Shown here in pieces: positions 55,607-64,000 of a stretch of DNA of 64,000 nucleotides. Under the pieces are notes generated by a model, which ran no database searches, was not told where the DNA came from, and saw nothing but the letters and a program-made list of their open reading frames with translations. Source of the DNA: Nitrososphaerota archaeon (GTDB taxonomy: Archaea > Thermoproteota > Nitrososphaeria > PSMU01); assembly GCA_040290255.1 (NCBI GenBank), contig PSMU01000004.1:1-64000 (forward strand). Direction: 5' to 3'. Numbering within the stretch: position 1 is the stretch's first letter; every line of letters begins with the position of its first letter. The translations under genes and the position numbers were made by a program.

Positions 55607-56767
55607 TTGAGCGGGCGAAGAGGGGCCCTGCCCTGGCTGGTCCTTTCCCTGACCCTGCTCTTCTTCTCCTCCGCCTTCTCCATCGCGCTGCCACCGCTTC
55701 TTGGGGCCTGTGGCGGGGTCCCCTGCTTCGTGCTGCTCTATACCTCGGCCCAGGCGGGCCATCTGGCCGCATCGCTCTTAGGCGAGAGGCCGCTCAGGAT
55801 GAAGCTCTCATATCTGGCCTGGCTTTGCGGCGTGCCCGCTGCGCTCTTCTACCTTTTGCTGGCCCTGGCAGAGCTGGAGCGCGGCTGGCTTCCCCTTCTG
55901 ATAGGAGCGGCCTCCTGGGCCCTGGCGCTGCCCGCGGGCGGCGCCTCCTTCGCGCTGCTGACGGTGGGCCTGGCCAGGCTGGAGGTGCCGGTGCCCTGGG
56001 CCGAGCTGGTGGGCTGGCTCTCGACGCTGGGCCTGCTGCTCGGCCCTTTCTTGGGGCCCGCGGCGCTCGCAGCCGGCGCCCTAACGGCGACGGTGGCCTC
56101 CCTCTTCGCCACGCTTCTGGCCTCGCCCGAGGCCATAAGGCATCTGCCCCCTTATCCCAGCGAGGTGGAGCTCACGCGGCGCCTGAAGGCGCCCCTCCTG
56201 CTGCTGGGCCTTTGTGAGGGCGTCATCCTCTATCTACCCTATAGGCTCGCGCTGCTGGAGCAGAGGACGGGGCTCATGCTCTCGCTTCCCTTCTTCCTAT
56301 ACGCGGCCCTGGGTTTGCTGGGATCATCGCTGCTGCGCCGGCCGCGCCTCTCCTCCCTACTTCATGCCCTGCTCTTCGCCATGGCCTTCCTTTATCCTCA
56401 GGCGCTGGCGCTGCTCCTGCCCCTGCTGGGGCTCTTCTCCAAGGGATCGCTGGCCCCCCTGCTCGCACGCCTGCTCGCTTTTAGGCCCGGGGTCAGGCCC
56501 TGGGCGCAGCTTAGGGCGGATAGGGTCCTCAAGCTGGGCATCACGGCGGGCGTGGTCCTTTCCTGGGCCCTGGATGCTGCCCGCCTGTGGCGCGTAACGC
56601 TGCTGGCGGCGGCGCTCAGCGCGCTGCTGCTCGCGCTACCTCTTGGCGCCCCTGACGATCAGGTAGATGCCCAGCAGCAGAAGCCCCAGCAGGAACAGCG
56701 CCAAGGGCAAGGCCCACTCGGGCGGCAGGCCAGGGACCTGCAGCGGGTCGGAGCCCACTGCGGCTAA
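55607..56767 (+). CDS. Multi-pass membrane protein (possibly transporter-like)
   Basis: About 10-12 hydrophobic segments; no family motif recognised. Confidence 0.6.
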   Translation: MSGRRGALPWLVLSLTLLFFSSAFSIALPPLLGACGGVPCFVLLYTSAQAGHLAASLLGERPLRMKLSYLAWLCGVPAALFYLLLALAELERGWLPLLIGAASWALALPAGGASFALLTVGLARLEVPVPWAELVGWLSTLGLLLGPFLGPAALAAGALTATVASLFATLLASPEAIRHLPPYPSEVELTRRLKAPLLLLGLCEGVILYLPYRLALLEQRTGLMLSLPFFLYAALGLLGSSLLRRPRLSSLLHALLFAMAFLYPQALALLLPLLGLFSKGSLAPLLARLLAFRPGVRPWAQLRADRVLKLGITAGVVLSWALDAARLWRVTLLAAALSALLLALPLGAPDDQVDAQQQKPQQEQRQGQGPLGRQARDLQRVGAHCG

Positions 56768-56776
56768 GCCTAGCAT
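56636..56776 (-). CDS. 46-aa single-TM small protein
   Basis: MLGLAAVGSDPLQVPGLPPEWALPLALFLLGLLLLGIYLIVRGAKR; hydrophobic helix plus basic tail. Confidence 0.55.
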   Translation of the reverse strand: MLGLAAVGSDPLQVPGLPPEWALPLALFLLGLLLLGIYLIVRGAKR

Positions 56777-56880
56777 GCGAGGCCCGGGAGGCGAGTCTCC
56801 TTTCATCGCAGGCCTCCTGTCCGTATCTCTGCGCGGCCTCACCGCCTGCGCCTTTAGGGTGAGCCTTATAGCGTCATCGG
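56777..56880 (-). ncRNA. Candidate box C/D-like (K-turn) structured RNA, copy 2
   Basis: 8-bp stem GUGAGGCC/GGCCUCGC enclosing CAGAGAUACGGACAGGAG..CGAUGAAAGGA; homologous to 3629-3658. Confidence 0.5.
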
Positions 56881-56891
56881 TGCTGGAGGGG

Positions 56892-57650
56892 CTAGCGCAG
56901 CAGGTTCAGCGCGGTCAGCGTCCAGGCCAACGCCGCTGCGGCCCCCCAGGCCAGCTTGCTCCATCGGAAGACCTTCAGGCCGTCCAAGAAGCCCAGGGGA
57001 ATCAGGTTGAAGGAGGCCAGCCAGAGGTTCACAGAGAGCCCTATGGATGCCACGTAGCGGCCCAGCTCGCCCAGCAGGGAGAAGAGCCCCGAGAGGAAGA
57101 GGTTGGCGCCGGGCCCCGCGAGGGCTATGATCCCCTGCTCCCTTCTCGTGGTGGTCGCGAGCACCGTCGTCGCCCCGGGTGCCGCGAAGAAGCCCAGCGT
57201 GAGCAGCGTGAGCATGAGCCCCCAGGGCAGGACCCTGAACTCGGCCTCATGCCCCAGCGCCTGCGCGGCCCACTTGTGGCCGAGCTCATGCAGCACGACG
57301 CCCAGCCCTATGCCCAAGGCGACCGCCAGAAAGGTCAGGGGCAGCAGGGAGAGCAGGGGGGCCTGCAGGAAGAACCTGGCGGTGTAGGCCAGCGTCAGGA
57401 CGCCCCAGGCCAGGCCTAGGTGCCTCAGCTCGGTTCCCCCCCTCCTGATCCTCGTGAAGGCGACGCTTCTCATGCCCTTGGCCATCTTGACCTGCTCCTG
57501 CTCCCTCTTCTGCGAGGGAGAAGCGGCCATCCAGCGGTTGGGGCAAAAGTGGCCCTCGGGCAGCCTGTGGTTGCCGCAGAAGGTCTCGCCGCAATAGCTG
57601 CACGTGAAGGGCATCGCCTCCTCTTGCCCGCAGAACGCGCACCGGGCCAC
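56892..57650 (-). CDS. AN1-type zinc finger fused to an M50 (site-2) metallopeptidase
   Basis: [27 protein letters not shown]; HELGH, AGPGAN, FNLIP..LDG. Confidence 0.9.
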   Translation of the reverse strand: MARCAFCGQEEAMPFTCSYCGETFCGNHRLPEGHFCPNRWMAASPSQKREQEQVKMAKGMRSVAFTRIRRGGTELRHLGLAWGVLTLAYTARFFLQAPLLSLLPLTFLAVALGIGLGVVLHELGHKWAAQALGHEAEFRVLPWGLMLTLLTLGFFAAPGATTVLATTTRREQGIIALAGPGANLFLSGLFSLLGELGRYVASIGLSVNLWLASFNLIPLGFLDGLKVFRWSKLAWGAAAALAWTLTALNLLR

Positions 57651-57693
57651 TCTAACCCACGTTCGTGGCCAGCCTTATTAGCTATACGGAGGC

Positions 57694-59424
57694 CTACTTC
57701 ACCGTGACGCTCTTCGCCAGGTTGCGGGGATAGTCCGGGTCAAGGTTCCTTTCAAGGGTGGTATAGTAGGCCAGCAGCTGCATGGGCACGGCCTCGAGCA
57801 CGCAGTAGAGCATCGTCGGGGCCCTGGGGAGCCTCAGGTGAAGCTTGAAGGAGGGGTGCTCCTGGTCCGAGATGCCCACCACGTACCCTCCCCTCGCCTC
57901 CACCTCCTTCACGTTGCTCAGCATATCGTCCTTATTCTCATCGCTCGGGACTAGGGCTATGACCGGCACGCCGTCCGCTATGAGCGCGAGCGGTCCATGC
58001 TTCAGCTCACCCCCGGGCAGGCCCTCGGCATGTAGGTAGGCAAGCTCCTTCAGCTTCAGGGCCCCTTCTAGGGCCAGCGGGAAGTTGATCCCCCTGCCCA
58101 GGTAAAAGACGTCCTGCGCCCTGCTCAGCCTCTTGGCCAGCAGCCTTGTGCCCTCCATCGTGCCTTCAAGCGTCGCGTTGATAAGGCCGGGGAGCGCTTC
58201 AAGGCCATAGGACCGGCCCGTGAGGCGCTCGGTGAGCCTGAGCAGCAGGGCGAGCTGGCTGGTGAAGCTCTTCGTGGCCGCGACGCCCCTCTCGGGCCCC
58301 GCGCGCGTCAGCAGCACGGCATGGCTCTCCCTGGCAAGGGTCGAGGTGGGCACGTTGACTATGCTGGCCACTCGGGCGCCGCGGGCCTTGGCCCGGGCCA
58401 CGGCCTCCAGCACGTCGGCCGTTTCCCCGCTTTGGGAGATGGCCACGAGCAGGCTGGCCCCATCCACGAGCCGTTCATAAGATGGAAACTCGCTCGCGAG
58501 CACGGCCTCGGCCCTTAGCCCCGCCTCTGCGGCCAAGAGGTACCTGGCCACGAGCGCCGCGTGGTAGGAGCTCCCGGCCGCCACGAAAAGGATATGGTGA
58601 CGCCCCTCCAGCTCGCGGACCAGCGGCTCTACGCTCGCCTCAAGCGTCCTCTTCACGGCCGAGGGCTGCTCGAGGATCTCGGCCAGGGTGGTGTGCTGAA
58701 GGGCGGACCTTTGCCCGGCGCCCACCTCCCAGGCCACCTGGTCCGGAAGCCTCTTCAGCCTCCTGCCCTCGCCGCTCCAGATGGCGTATCCCCTCTCGCT
58801 CAACAGGGCCAGTTCGCCGTTATCGAGAAACACGGCCCTGTCCGTGTGCCTCAGGAAGGCGAGCACGTCGCTGGCGATGAAGAGCTTCCCATCCCCCACG
58901 CCCAGGATCAGGGGCGCCCCCCTCCTATAGCCTATGATTCGGCCATCGGCCAACAGCGCGCAGAAGGCGAAGGAGCCCTTCAGCCGACACAGCCTCCTGA
59001 GGATCTGCCGGGGCTCGCTGGCCCCCTCCAGCAGGTGCGCGATGACCTCCGTATCCGTCTCGCTTAAGAAGCGGTGGCCCCTCTTCAGCAGCCGATCCTT
59101 GAGCGCTTCGTAGTTTTCTATGATGCCGTTGTGCACCACCGCTATCCTTCCATCGCAGGAGAGATGAGGATGGGCGTTCACGTCGCTCACGCCCCCGTGC
59201 GTGGCCCAGCGGGTATGGGCAACCCCCACCTCGCCGTCAAGTTCCTTGGGGAGGTTCCCCAGCAGCTCCGCCACCTTGCCCGCCCTCTTGTACACGAGGA
59301 TGCGCCCCTCCTTGAGCACCGCGAGCCCCGCGGAATCATACCCCCTATATTCCAGGTTCCTGAGGCTCTCCAACAGCACTTCCCTGGCGCCTCCCGGGCC
59401 CCTGTAGCCGATGATGCCGCACAT
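57694..59424 (-). CDS. glmS: Glutamine-fructose-6-phosphate transaminase
   Basis: MCGIIG, LEYRGYDSAG, HTRWATHG, SQSGET, PRNLAKSVTVK. Confidence 0.97.
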   Translation of the reverse strand: MCGIIGYRGPGGAREVLLESLRNLEYRGYDSAGLAVLKEGRILVYKRAGKVAELLGNLPKELDGEVGVAHTRWATHGGVSDVNAHPHLSCDGRIAVVHNGIIENYEALKDRLLKRGHRFLSETDTEVIAHLLEGASEPRQILRRLCRLKGSFAFCALLADGRIIGYRRGAPLILGVGDGKLFIASDVLAFLRHTDRAVFLDNGELALLSERGYAIWSGEGRRLKRLPDQVAWEVGAGQRSALQHTTLAEILEQPSAVKRTLEASVEPLVRELEGRHHILFVAAGSSYHAALVARYLLAAEAGLRAEAVLASEFPSYERLVDGASLLVAISQSGETADVLEAVARAKARGARVASIVNVPTSTLARESHAVLLTRAGPERGVAATKSFTSQLALLLRLTERLTGRSYGLEALPGLINATLEGTMEGTRLLAKRLSRAQDVFYLGRGINFPLALEGALKLKELAYLHAEGLPGGELKHGPLALIADGVPVIALVPSDENKDDMLSNVKEVEARGGYVVGISDQEHPSFKLHLRLPRAPTMLYCVLEAVPMQLLAYYTTLERNLDPDYPRNLAKSVTVK

Positions 59425-59536
59425 CCCCACCCCGCCCCTCCGCGGTGGGATTTAATGAATCGCTAAAACCGCGCCTAGAATCGGGCCAGGCCTACGCGGG
59501 CGAAGGGTTAAATTCAAAACCTTTTTTGCTAATTGC

Positions 59537-60436
59537 ATGCGCAGGCTGCTGCTGAGGCTATCGGGCTCGGGCAATACAGCCGAGGAGGCGCTGCTGGTGG
59601 AGGGGCCCCTGCCCTCGTTGAGCGCCAGGGCGCAGCAGGTGCTCGCCGCGCTCAGAAGGGCCCCCCTTTATCCCCTTGAGCTCGCCAGGCAGTTGAAGAT
59701 CTCGCCCCAGCTGGCCTATTATCATATCTCGAGGCTGAGGCGGCTCGGCCTGATCAAGGGCGTGGAGCAGGGGAGGGTCAGGGGGGCCAGGTACACCAAA
59801 TATGCGCCCAGCGCCAGCTACTTGGTCTGGCGGCTCGCCCCCTCGGCGCCCGGGCACGCGCTGCTCCGCTTCTTTAAGGAGTTCATCCATGACGGAGCCT
59901 TCAGCGGCCTCATCGTCGTGGGCTCCCCCGACCCTCACGGCCCCTTCAAGAGCATCGCCAGGGATGGCCACTACGCCGCTGCCCTGGCCATGGCGCTCGG
60001 CGGCCTCTGCTTCCCTCCCTCCCGCTTCCCCGTGAGGCTGGACGTGGAGGTGCGCGGCAGGGAGCTCGAGCGGGAGAACTTGGTGCTCATCGGAGGCCCC
60101 GGCGTCAACCTCCTCACGATGGACCTTAACGCCCACCTACCCATTCGGTTCCAGGAGAAGAACTTCTGGGCGGGGCTCAGCGCGGGCGAGAGGACGGTCT
60201 TCGGCGAGGACATAGGCCTCATAGCCAAAATACCGAACCCAAGGGAGCCCTCCAGAAGGGCGATCGTGCTGGCCGGCGTCAGGAGCCCCGGCACGAAGGC
60301 GGCCGTAGTGGCGCTCATGAAGAGGCCCGAGGAGGTGCTGCAGGGCTATGAGGGGGAGCCCTTCGCGGCCCTGGTCAGGGGCTATGACCTGGACGGCGAT
60401 GGGGAGGTGGACGACGCCGAGCCCCTCCGAATATGA
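59537..60436 (+). CDS. Winged-helix (ArsR-like) transcription regulator with C-terminal alpha/beta domain
   Basis: YPLELARQLKISPQLAYYHISRLRRLGLI; IVVGSPDPHGP, NLVLIGGPGVN. Confidence 0.8.
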   Translation: MRRLLLRLSGSGNTAEEALLVEGPLPSLSARAQQVLAALRRAPLYPLELARQLKISPQLAYYHISRLRRLGLIKGVEQGRVRGARYTKYAPSASYLVWRLAPSAPGHALLRFFKEFIHDGAFSGLIVVGSPDPHGPFKSIARDGHYAAALAMALGGLCFPPSRFPVRLDVEVRGRELERENLVLIGGPGVNLLTMDLNAHLPIRFQEKNFWAGLSAGERTVFGEDIGLIAKIPNPREPSRRAIVLAGVRSPGTKAAVVALMKRPEEVLQGYEGEPFAALVRGYDLDGDGEVDDAEPLRI

Positions 60437-60482
60437 CGGAAACCTTAAGAGAGGGCCCCCTTGCTCGACCGGAAGGGAGGCT

Positions 60483-60956
60483 TTGTCGGAGTTCAGGCAG
60501 ATCGTGAGGCTTAGGGGGCAGGACATCAGCGGCGCTAAAAACGTGCTGGCCGCGCTGGCCAGCATCAGCGGCATAGGCTGGAACCTGGCCCGGGCCATCT
60601 GCCACCAGCTCAAGATCGACGTGAGGCTGCGATTGGGGCAGCTGAAGGAAAGGGAGCTGGCGGCGCTGGAGGAGGCGCTGAAGGATCCCTCAGCCCTAAA
60701 GCTGCCGGGCTGGATGTACAACCGGCAGCGCAACCCCGAAACGGGCAGCACGCTTCACCTCACGGGCTCGGACCTCGAGCTCGCCGTAAAGGCGGACATA
60801 AAGCGTGAGAGGGATATGCAGAGCTGGAGGGGCGTGAGGCACAGCCTTGGCCTCAAGGTAAGGGGGCAGCGCACCAAGACCACGGGGCGCAAGGGGCCCG
60901 CCGTGGGCGTGAGGAAGAAGGCCGTCGCCCCCGGCGAGCAAAAGGCGGAGGGCTAG
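60483..60956 (+). CDS. rps13: 30S ribosomal protein S13
   Basis: TTG 60483; FRQIVRL, PGWMYNRQ, WRGVRHSLGLKVRGQRTKTTGR. Confidence 0.96.
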   Translation: MSEFRQIVRLRGQDISGAKNVLAALASISGIGWNLARAICHQLKIDVRLRLGQLKERELAALEEALKDPSALKLPGWMYNRQRNPETGSTLHLTGSDLELAVKADIKRERDMQSWRGVRHSLGLKVRGQRTKTTGRKGPAVGVRKKAVAPGEQKAEG

Positions 60957-60958
60957 CC

Positions 60959-61477
60959 TTGGGCGACCCCAAGCAGCAGAGGAAGAAGTACAGGCGACCC
61001 AGGATGCCCTGGAGGGCCGACGTGCTGAGCGCGGAGCTGGAGGTGATGGGCAAGTATGGGCTCAGGAATAAGAGGGAACTCTGGAAGGCCTATGCGCTGC
61101 TCTCCCGCATAAGGCGCCAGGCGCGGGACCTGCTGGCCACGCCCGAGGAGGTGAGAAGGGTCGAGGAGGCCAGGCTGCTGAGCTCGCTGGCGAAGAGGGG
61201 CCTTGTGGGGCCCGAGGGCACGCTCGACGATATCCTGAGCCTTACGGTCGAGGACATCCTCGAGAGGAGGTTGCAGACGGTCGTCTTTCGAAAGAACCTG
61301 GCCGTCAGCCCGTATCATGCCCGCCAGCTGATAGTGCACGGCCACGTGCTCGTCAAGGGCAGAAGGGTCGATGTGCCCAGCTACTGGGTCACGCCGGAGG
61401 AGGAGCCCTACATAGAGCTCGACGGGAAGGTCGCCGCCCCCAAGGGACAGGAGGTGCGCCAAGGTGGCCAAGGTTAG
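60959..61477 (+). CDS. rps4: 30S ribosomal protein S4
   Basis: MGDPK, YGLRNKRELW, ERRLQT, ARQLIVHGH. Confidence 0.97.
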   Translation: MGDPKQQRKKYRRPRMPWRADVLSAELEVMGKYGLRNKRELWKAYALLSRIRRQARDLLATPEEVRRVEEARLLSSLAKRGLVGPEGTLDDILSLTVEDILERRLQTVVFRKNLAVSPYHARQLIVHGHVLVKGRRVDVPSYWVTPEEEPYIELDGKVAAPKGQEVRQGGQG

Positions 61478-62087
61478 GGTGCTGGAGCAGAGCGAGCAGA
61501 GGGTGCAGGTGCTCCTGCAGGGGGTGCCCAGGGTCTACTGCAACGCCCTGCGCAGGTTCGCGCTGAGCGAGGTGCCCATAATGGCCATCCATGAAGTCGT
61601 CATCCTTGAGAACACGTCGATCATGTACGATGAGGTGCTGAGCCATAGGCTGGGGCTGATACCCCTGACGACGCCCCTAGGCAAGTACAACCTGCCGGAG
61701 GAGTGCAGCTGCAGGAGCGAGACCGGCTGCCCGAACTGCAGGGTCATGCTCGCGCTGGACGCGGAGGCAAAGGAGGGCTCGAGGATGGTCCTCTCAGGGG
61801 AGCTCGTCTCGGAGGACAGGGAAGTTAGGCCGGTGAGCCCCGACATACCCATCGTGCCCCTGGCCACGGGCCAGAAGGTTAAGCTGGAGGCGTATGCCTG
61901 CCTGGGGAGGGGTAGCGCGCATGCCAAGTGGCAGGCCGCCACCATCTCGACGCTCGTGGAGAGGGGCGAGGATGAGTATGTGCTCACCATCGAATCCTCG
62001 GGCTCCCTTCCGGCGCCCGAAATCCTCAGGCAGGCCCTACAAACGCTTAAAAGGGGGCTTCAGCTGCTCGAGCCTTCCCTGGAATGA
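61464..62087 (+). CDS. rpoD: RNA polymerase subunit Rpo3 (D)
   Basis: NALRR, ENTS, HRLGLIPL, Cys cluster, HAKWQ. Confidence 0.95.
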   Translation: MAKVRVLEQSEQRVQVLLQGVPRVYCNALRRFALSEVPIMAIHEVVILENTSIMYDEVLSHRLGLIPLTTPLGKYNLPEECSCRSETGCPNCRVMLALDAEAKEGSRMVLSGELVSEDREVRPVSPDIPIVPLATGQKVKLEAYACLGRGSAHAKWQAATISTLVERGEDEYVLTIESSGSLPAPEILRQALQTLKRGLQLLEPSLE

Positions 62088-62440
62088 TGGGCGAGGCAAA
62101 TCCCGTGGTGGCCGAGGCCGTGAGGGCGCTGAGGAGGGCCTATCGCGAAACGGGCCGCGCCATCTGGAGGGAGCTGGAGAGGAGGGTAATGAGGCCCAGG
62201 AGCAGGCTCGCGGAGATGAGCCTGGCAAGGCTGGCCAAGGCCGCGAAGGATGCCCAGCTCGTGGCCGTGCCCGGCAAGGTGCTGGGTTCCGGCTTCCTGG
62301 AGAGGCCCCTAGTGATCGGCGCCCTATACTTCTCCAAGAGCGCCTACGATAAGATTAGGATGGCGGGGGGTACGCCCCTGAGCCTATCCGAGTTCGTGAG
62401 GAGCTATAAGGAGGCCAAGGGGGTTAGGCTGCTTGAGTGA
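62084..62440 (+). CDS. rpl18e: 50S ribosomal protein L18e
   Basis: AIWR, VPGKVLGSG, FSKSA. Confidence 0.93.
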   Translation: MMGEANPVVAEAVRALRRAYRETGRAIWRELERRVMRPRSRLAEMSLARLAKAAKDAQLVAVPGKVLGSGFLERPLVIGALYFSKSAYDKIRMAGGTPLSLSEFVRSYKEAKGVRLLE

Positions 62441-62888
62441 GGGGGCCCTGCTCATCGTGGATGCGACCGGCCACGTGCTGGGCCGCCTTGCCTCCATAAT
62501 AGCTAAGAGGCTGCTGGAGGGCTACAGGGTGGTCGTGCTCAACGCGGAAAAGGCCCTTCTCTCGGGCCGTAAGCAGGCCCTCCTGCGCGAGATGGGCGAG
62601 TGGCTCAACGTGAGGAGCGCGATAAATCCCCGCCATACGCCGCGGCACCCGAGGACGCCCGACGGCATCATCACCTATGCGGTCAGGGGCATGCTGCCCA
62701 GGAGAAGGCCTAAGGGGCTCAGCGCCCTGAAGAGGCTGAGGGTCTACGTGGATGAGCCGCCCTCGTACAAGGGCCTGAAGGCCATCAGGCTCGAGGAGGC
62801 GCTGGCCAAGGGGCACCCTTCTAGGTACGTCAGCCTGGGGGAGCTGGCCAAGGAGATCGGCTGGCAGGGGGTGACGGCATGGCCGTAA
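62433..62888 (+). CDS. rpl13: 50S ribosomal protein L13
   Basis: DATGHVLGRLAS, NAEKA, VRGMLP. Confidence 0.95.
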   Translation: MSEGALLIVDATGHVLGRLASIIAKRLLEGYRVVVLNAEKALLSGRKQALLREMGEWLNVRSAINPRHTPRHPRTPDGIITYAVRGMLPRRRPKGLSALKRLRVYVDEPPSYKGLKAIRLEEALAKGHPSRYVSLGELAKEIGWQGVTAWP

Positions 62889-63301
62889 GGCAGGAACAGG
62901 CGCAGGTGCCCACCTTCTACTTTGGCTACAGGAAGACGGCCCGCGCCCTGGCCACGATAAGGGAGGGGCAGGGCAGGGTAAGGGTCAACGGCTATCCGCT
63001 CGAGCTGCTGGAGCCCGAAGTGGCCCGATGGGTCGTGCAGACGCCGCTGGAGCTGGCGCGCCCGTATTCCGAGCGCGTGGACATAGACGTCAGGACATGG
63101 GGAGGTGGCTTCACGGGCCAGGCCTACGCCGCCGCCATGGCCATCGCCCGCGCACTGGTGGGCTTCTTCAACTCCGAAGAGATAAAGAAGGCCCTGCTCG
63201 CGCACGATCCGCACCTGCTCAAGGGCGACCCCAGGCAGCAGGAGCCCAAGAAGTTCGGCGGGCCTGGCCCCAGGAGGAGGCGGCAGAAGTCCTATAGGTG
63301 A
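62879..63301 (+). CDS. rps9: 30S ribosomal protein S9
   Basis: [33 protein letters not shown]. Confidence 0.97.
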   Translation: MAVRQEQAQVPTFYFGYRKTARALATIREGQGRVRVNGYPLELLEPEVARWVVQTPLELARPYSERVDIDVRTWGGGFTGQAYAAAMAIARALVGFFNSEEIKKALLAHDPHLLKGDPRQQEPKKFGGPGPRRRRQKSYR

Positions 63302-63305
63302 GGGC

Positions 63306-63530
63306 ATGATCATCCCCGTGCGCTGCTTCACGTGCGGCAACCTGATCGCCGATAAGTACCAGGAGTACGTGAGCCGCGTAAAGGCCGGCGAGGAGCCGGG
63401 AAAGGTGCTCGACTCGCTGGGCCTGAGGAGGTACTGCTGCCGGCGCATGCTCATCTCCAACTTCAGCATCGCGGACCATGTGCTGCCCTACTACGAGGCC
63501 ATGAGGCAGAGGCGGGCGGCGAGTGCGTGA
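63306..63530 (+). CDS. rpoN: RNA polymerase subunit Rpo10 (N)
   Basis: [18 protein letters not shown]. Confidence 0.97.
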   Translation: MIIPVRCFTCGNLIADKYQEYVSRVKAGEEPGKVLDSLGLRRYCCRRMLISNFSIADHVLPYYEAMRQRRAASA

Positions 63531-64000
63531 GGGCGGGCTCAGGATAGAAGAGATAAGGCTGCGCATCATCTTCAACCACAGGGGCGAGAAGACGGTCGAG
63601 GCGGAGGTGCTGGTGGGGGGCTACATGGGCAGGGCCGCGGCCCCATCGGGCGCGAGCAGGGGGAGCCACGAAGTGCCCGCATATCCTGAGCGCGGGCCTG
63701 ACGCACTGCTCGGCGAGCTTCCCAGGCTCAGGGGTCGGCTGGTGGGCAGGGATGCGCTGGATCAGCGGGGCCTGGCCGAGGAGCTCGAGGCGCTGGGCCT
63801 TAGGTCGGGGGCCTTGGCCTATGCGCTCACGATGGCCGCCGCGGATGCGGCCTCAAAGGCGCTAGGGCGGCCCCTGTACCAGCTGCTCTCGGGCGGCGCG
63901 CAGGCCCGCCTTCCCATCCCGCTGGGAAACGTGATAGGGGGAGGTAAGCATGCCTCGGCGTCGCGCCTGGACCTGCAGGAAGTGCTCGTCGCGCCCCAGG
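63523..64000 (+). CDS. eno: Enolase, 5' part (runs off the window)
   Basis: GTG 63523; [40 protein letters not shown]. Confidence 0.9.
   Translation, partial: MREGGLRIEEIRLRIIFNHRGEKTVEAEVLVGGYMGRAAAPSGASRGSHEVPAYPERGPDALLGELPRLRGRLVGRDALDQRGLAEELEALGLRSGALAYALTMAAADAASKALGRPLYQLLSGGAQARLPIPLGNVIGGGKHASASRLDLQEVLVAPQ

Overview
High-GC archaeal chromosomal segment, most consistent with a TACK/Nitrososphaerota-like lineage (L38e, L40e, Alba, SmAP, Urm1-like protein, multi-intron tRNAs, TATA-led and often leaderless genes). It is mostly housekeeping: mevalonate/isoprenoid genes (mvk, fni, GGPP synthase), aminoacyl-tRNA synthetases (gltX, argS, aspS), two ribosomal-protein/RNAP clusters, aIF5B with a mini-intein, aIF2-gamma, a riboflavin gene cluster, a BMP-type nucleoside ABC transporter, sucCD, tgtA, glmS and three tRNAs (Arg-CCG; Gln-CUG and Val-CAC with two introns each). 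The less ordinary parts are: (1) two homologous intergenic structured-RNA candidates with box C/D (K-turn) signatures 53 kb apart, each abutting a start codon; (2) a protein fusing a helix-hairpin-helix-like N-terminus to a catalytically dead MCM-like AAA+ domain, directly downstream of one of these RNAs; (3) a split Tad/type IV pilus-like system (secretion ATPase, two membrane proteins, five small pilin-like ORFs, an atypical TFB) apparently linked by a shared pilin motif to a separate pilin + HerA/VirB4-like ATPase pair; (4) an amidohydrolase embedded in the riboflavin operon that fits the missing deaminase step; (5) an 11-residue-repeat membrane-anchored stalk protein. No CRISPR array, rRNA, transposase or integrase was seen. 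All assignments rest on motif recognition by eye; no database searches were run.
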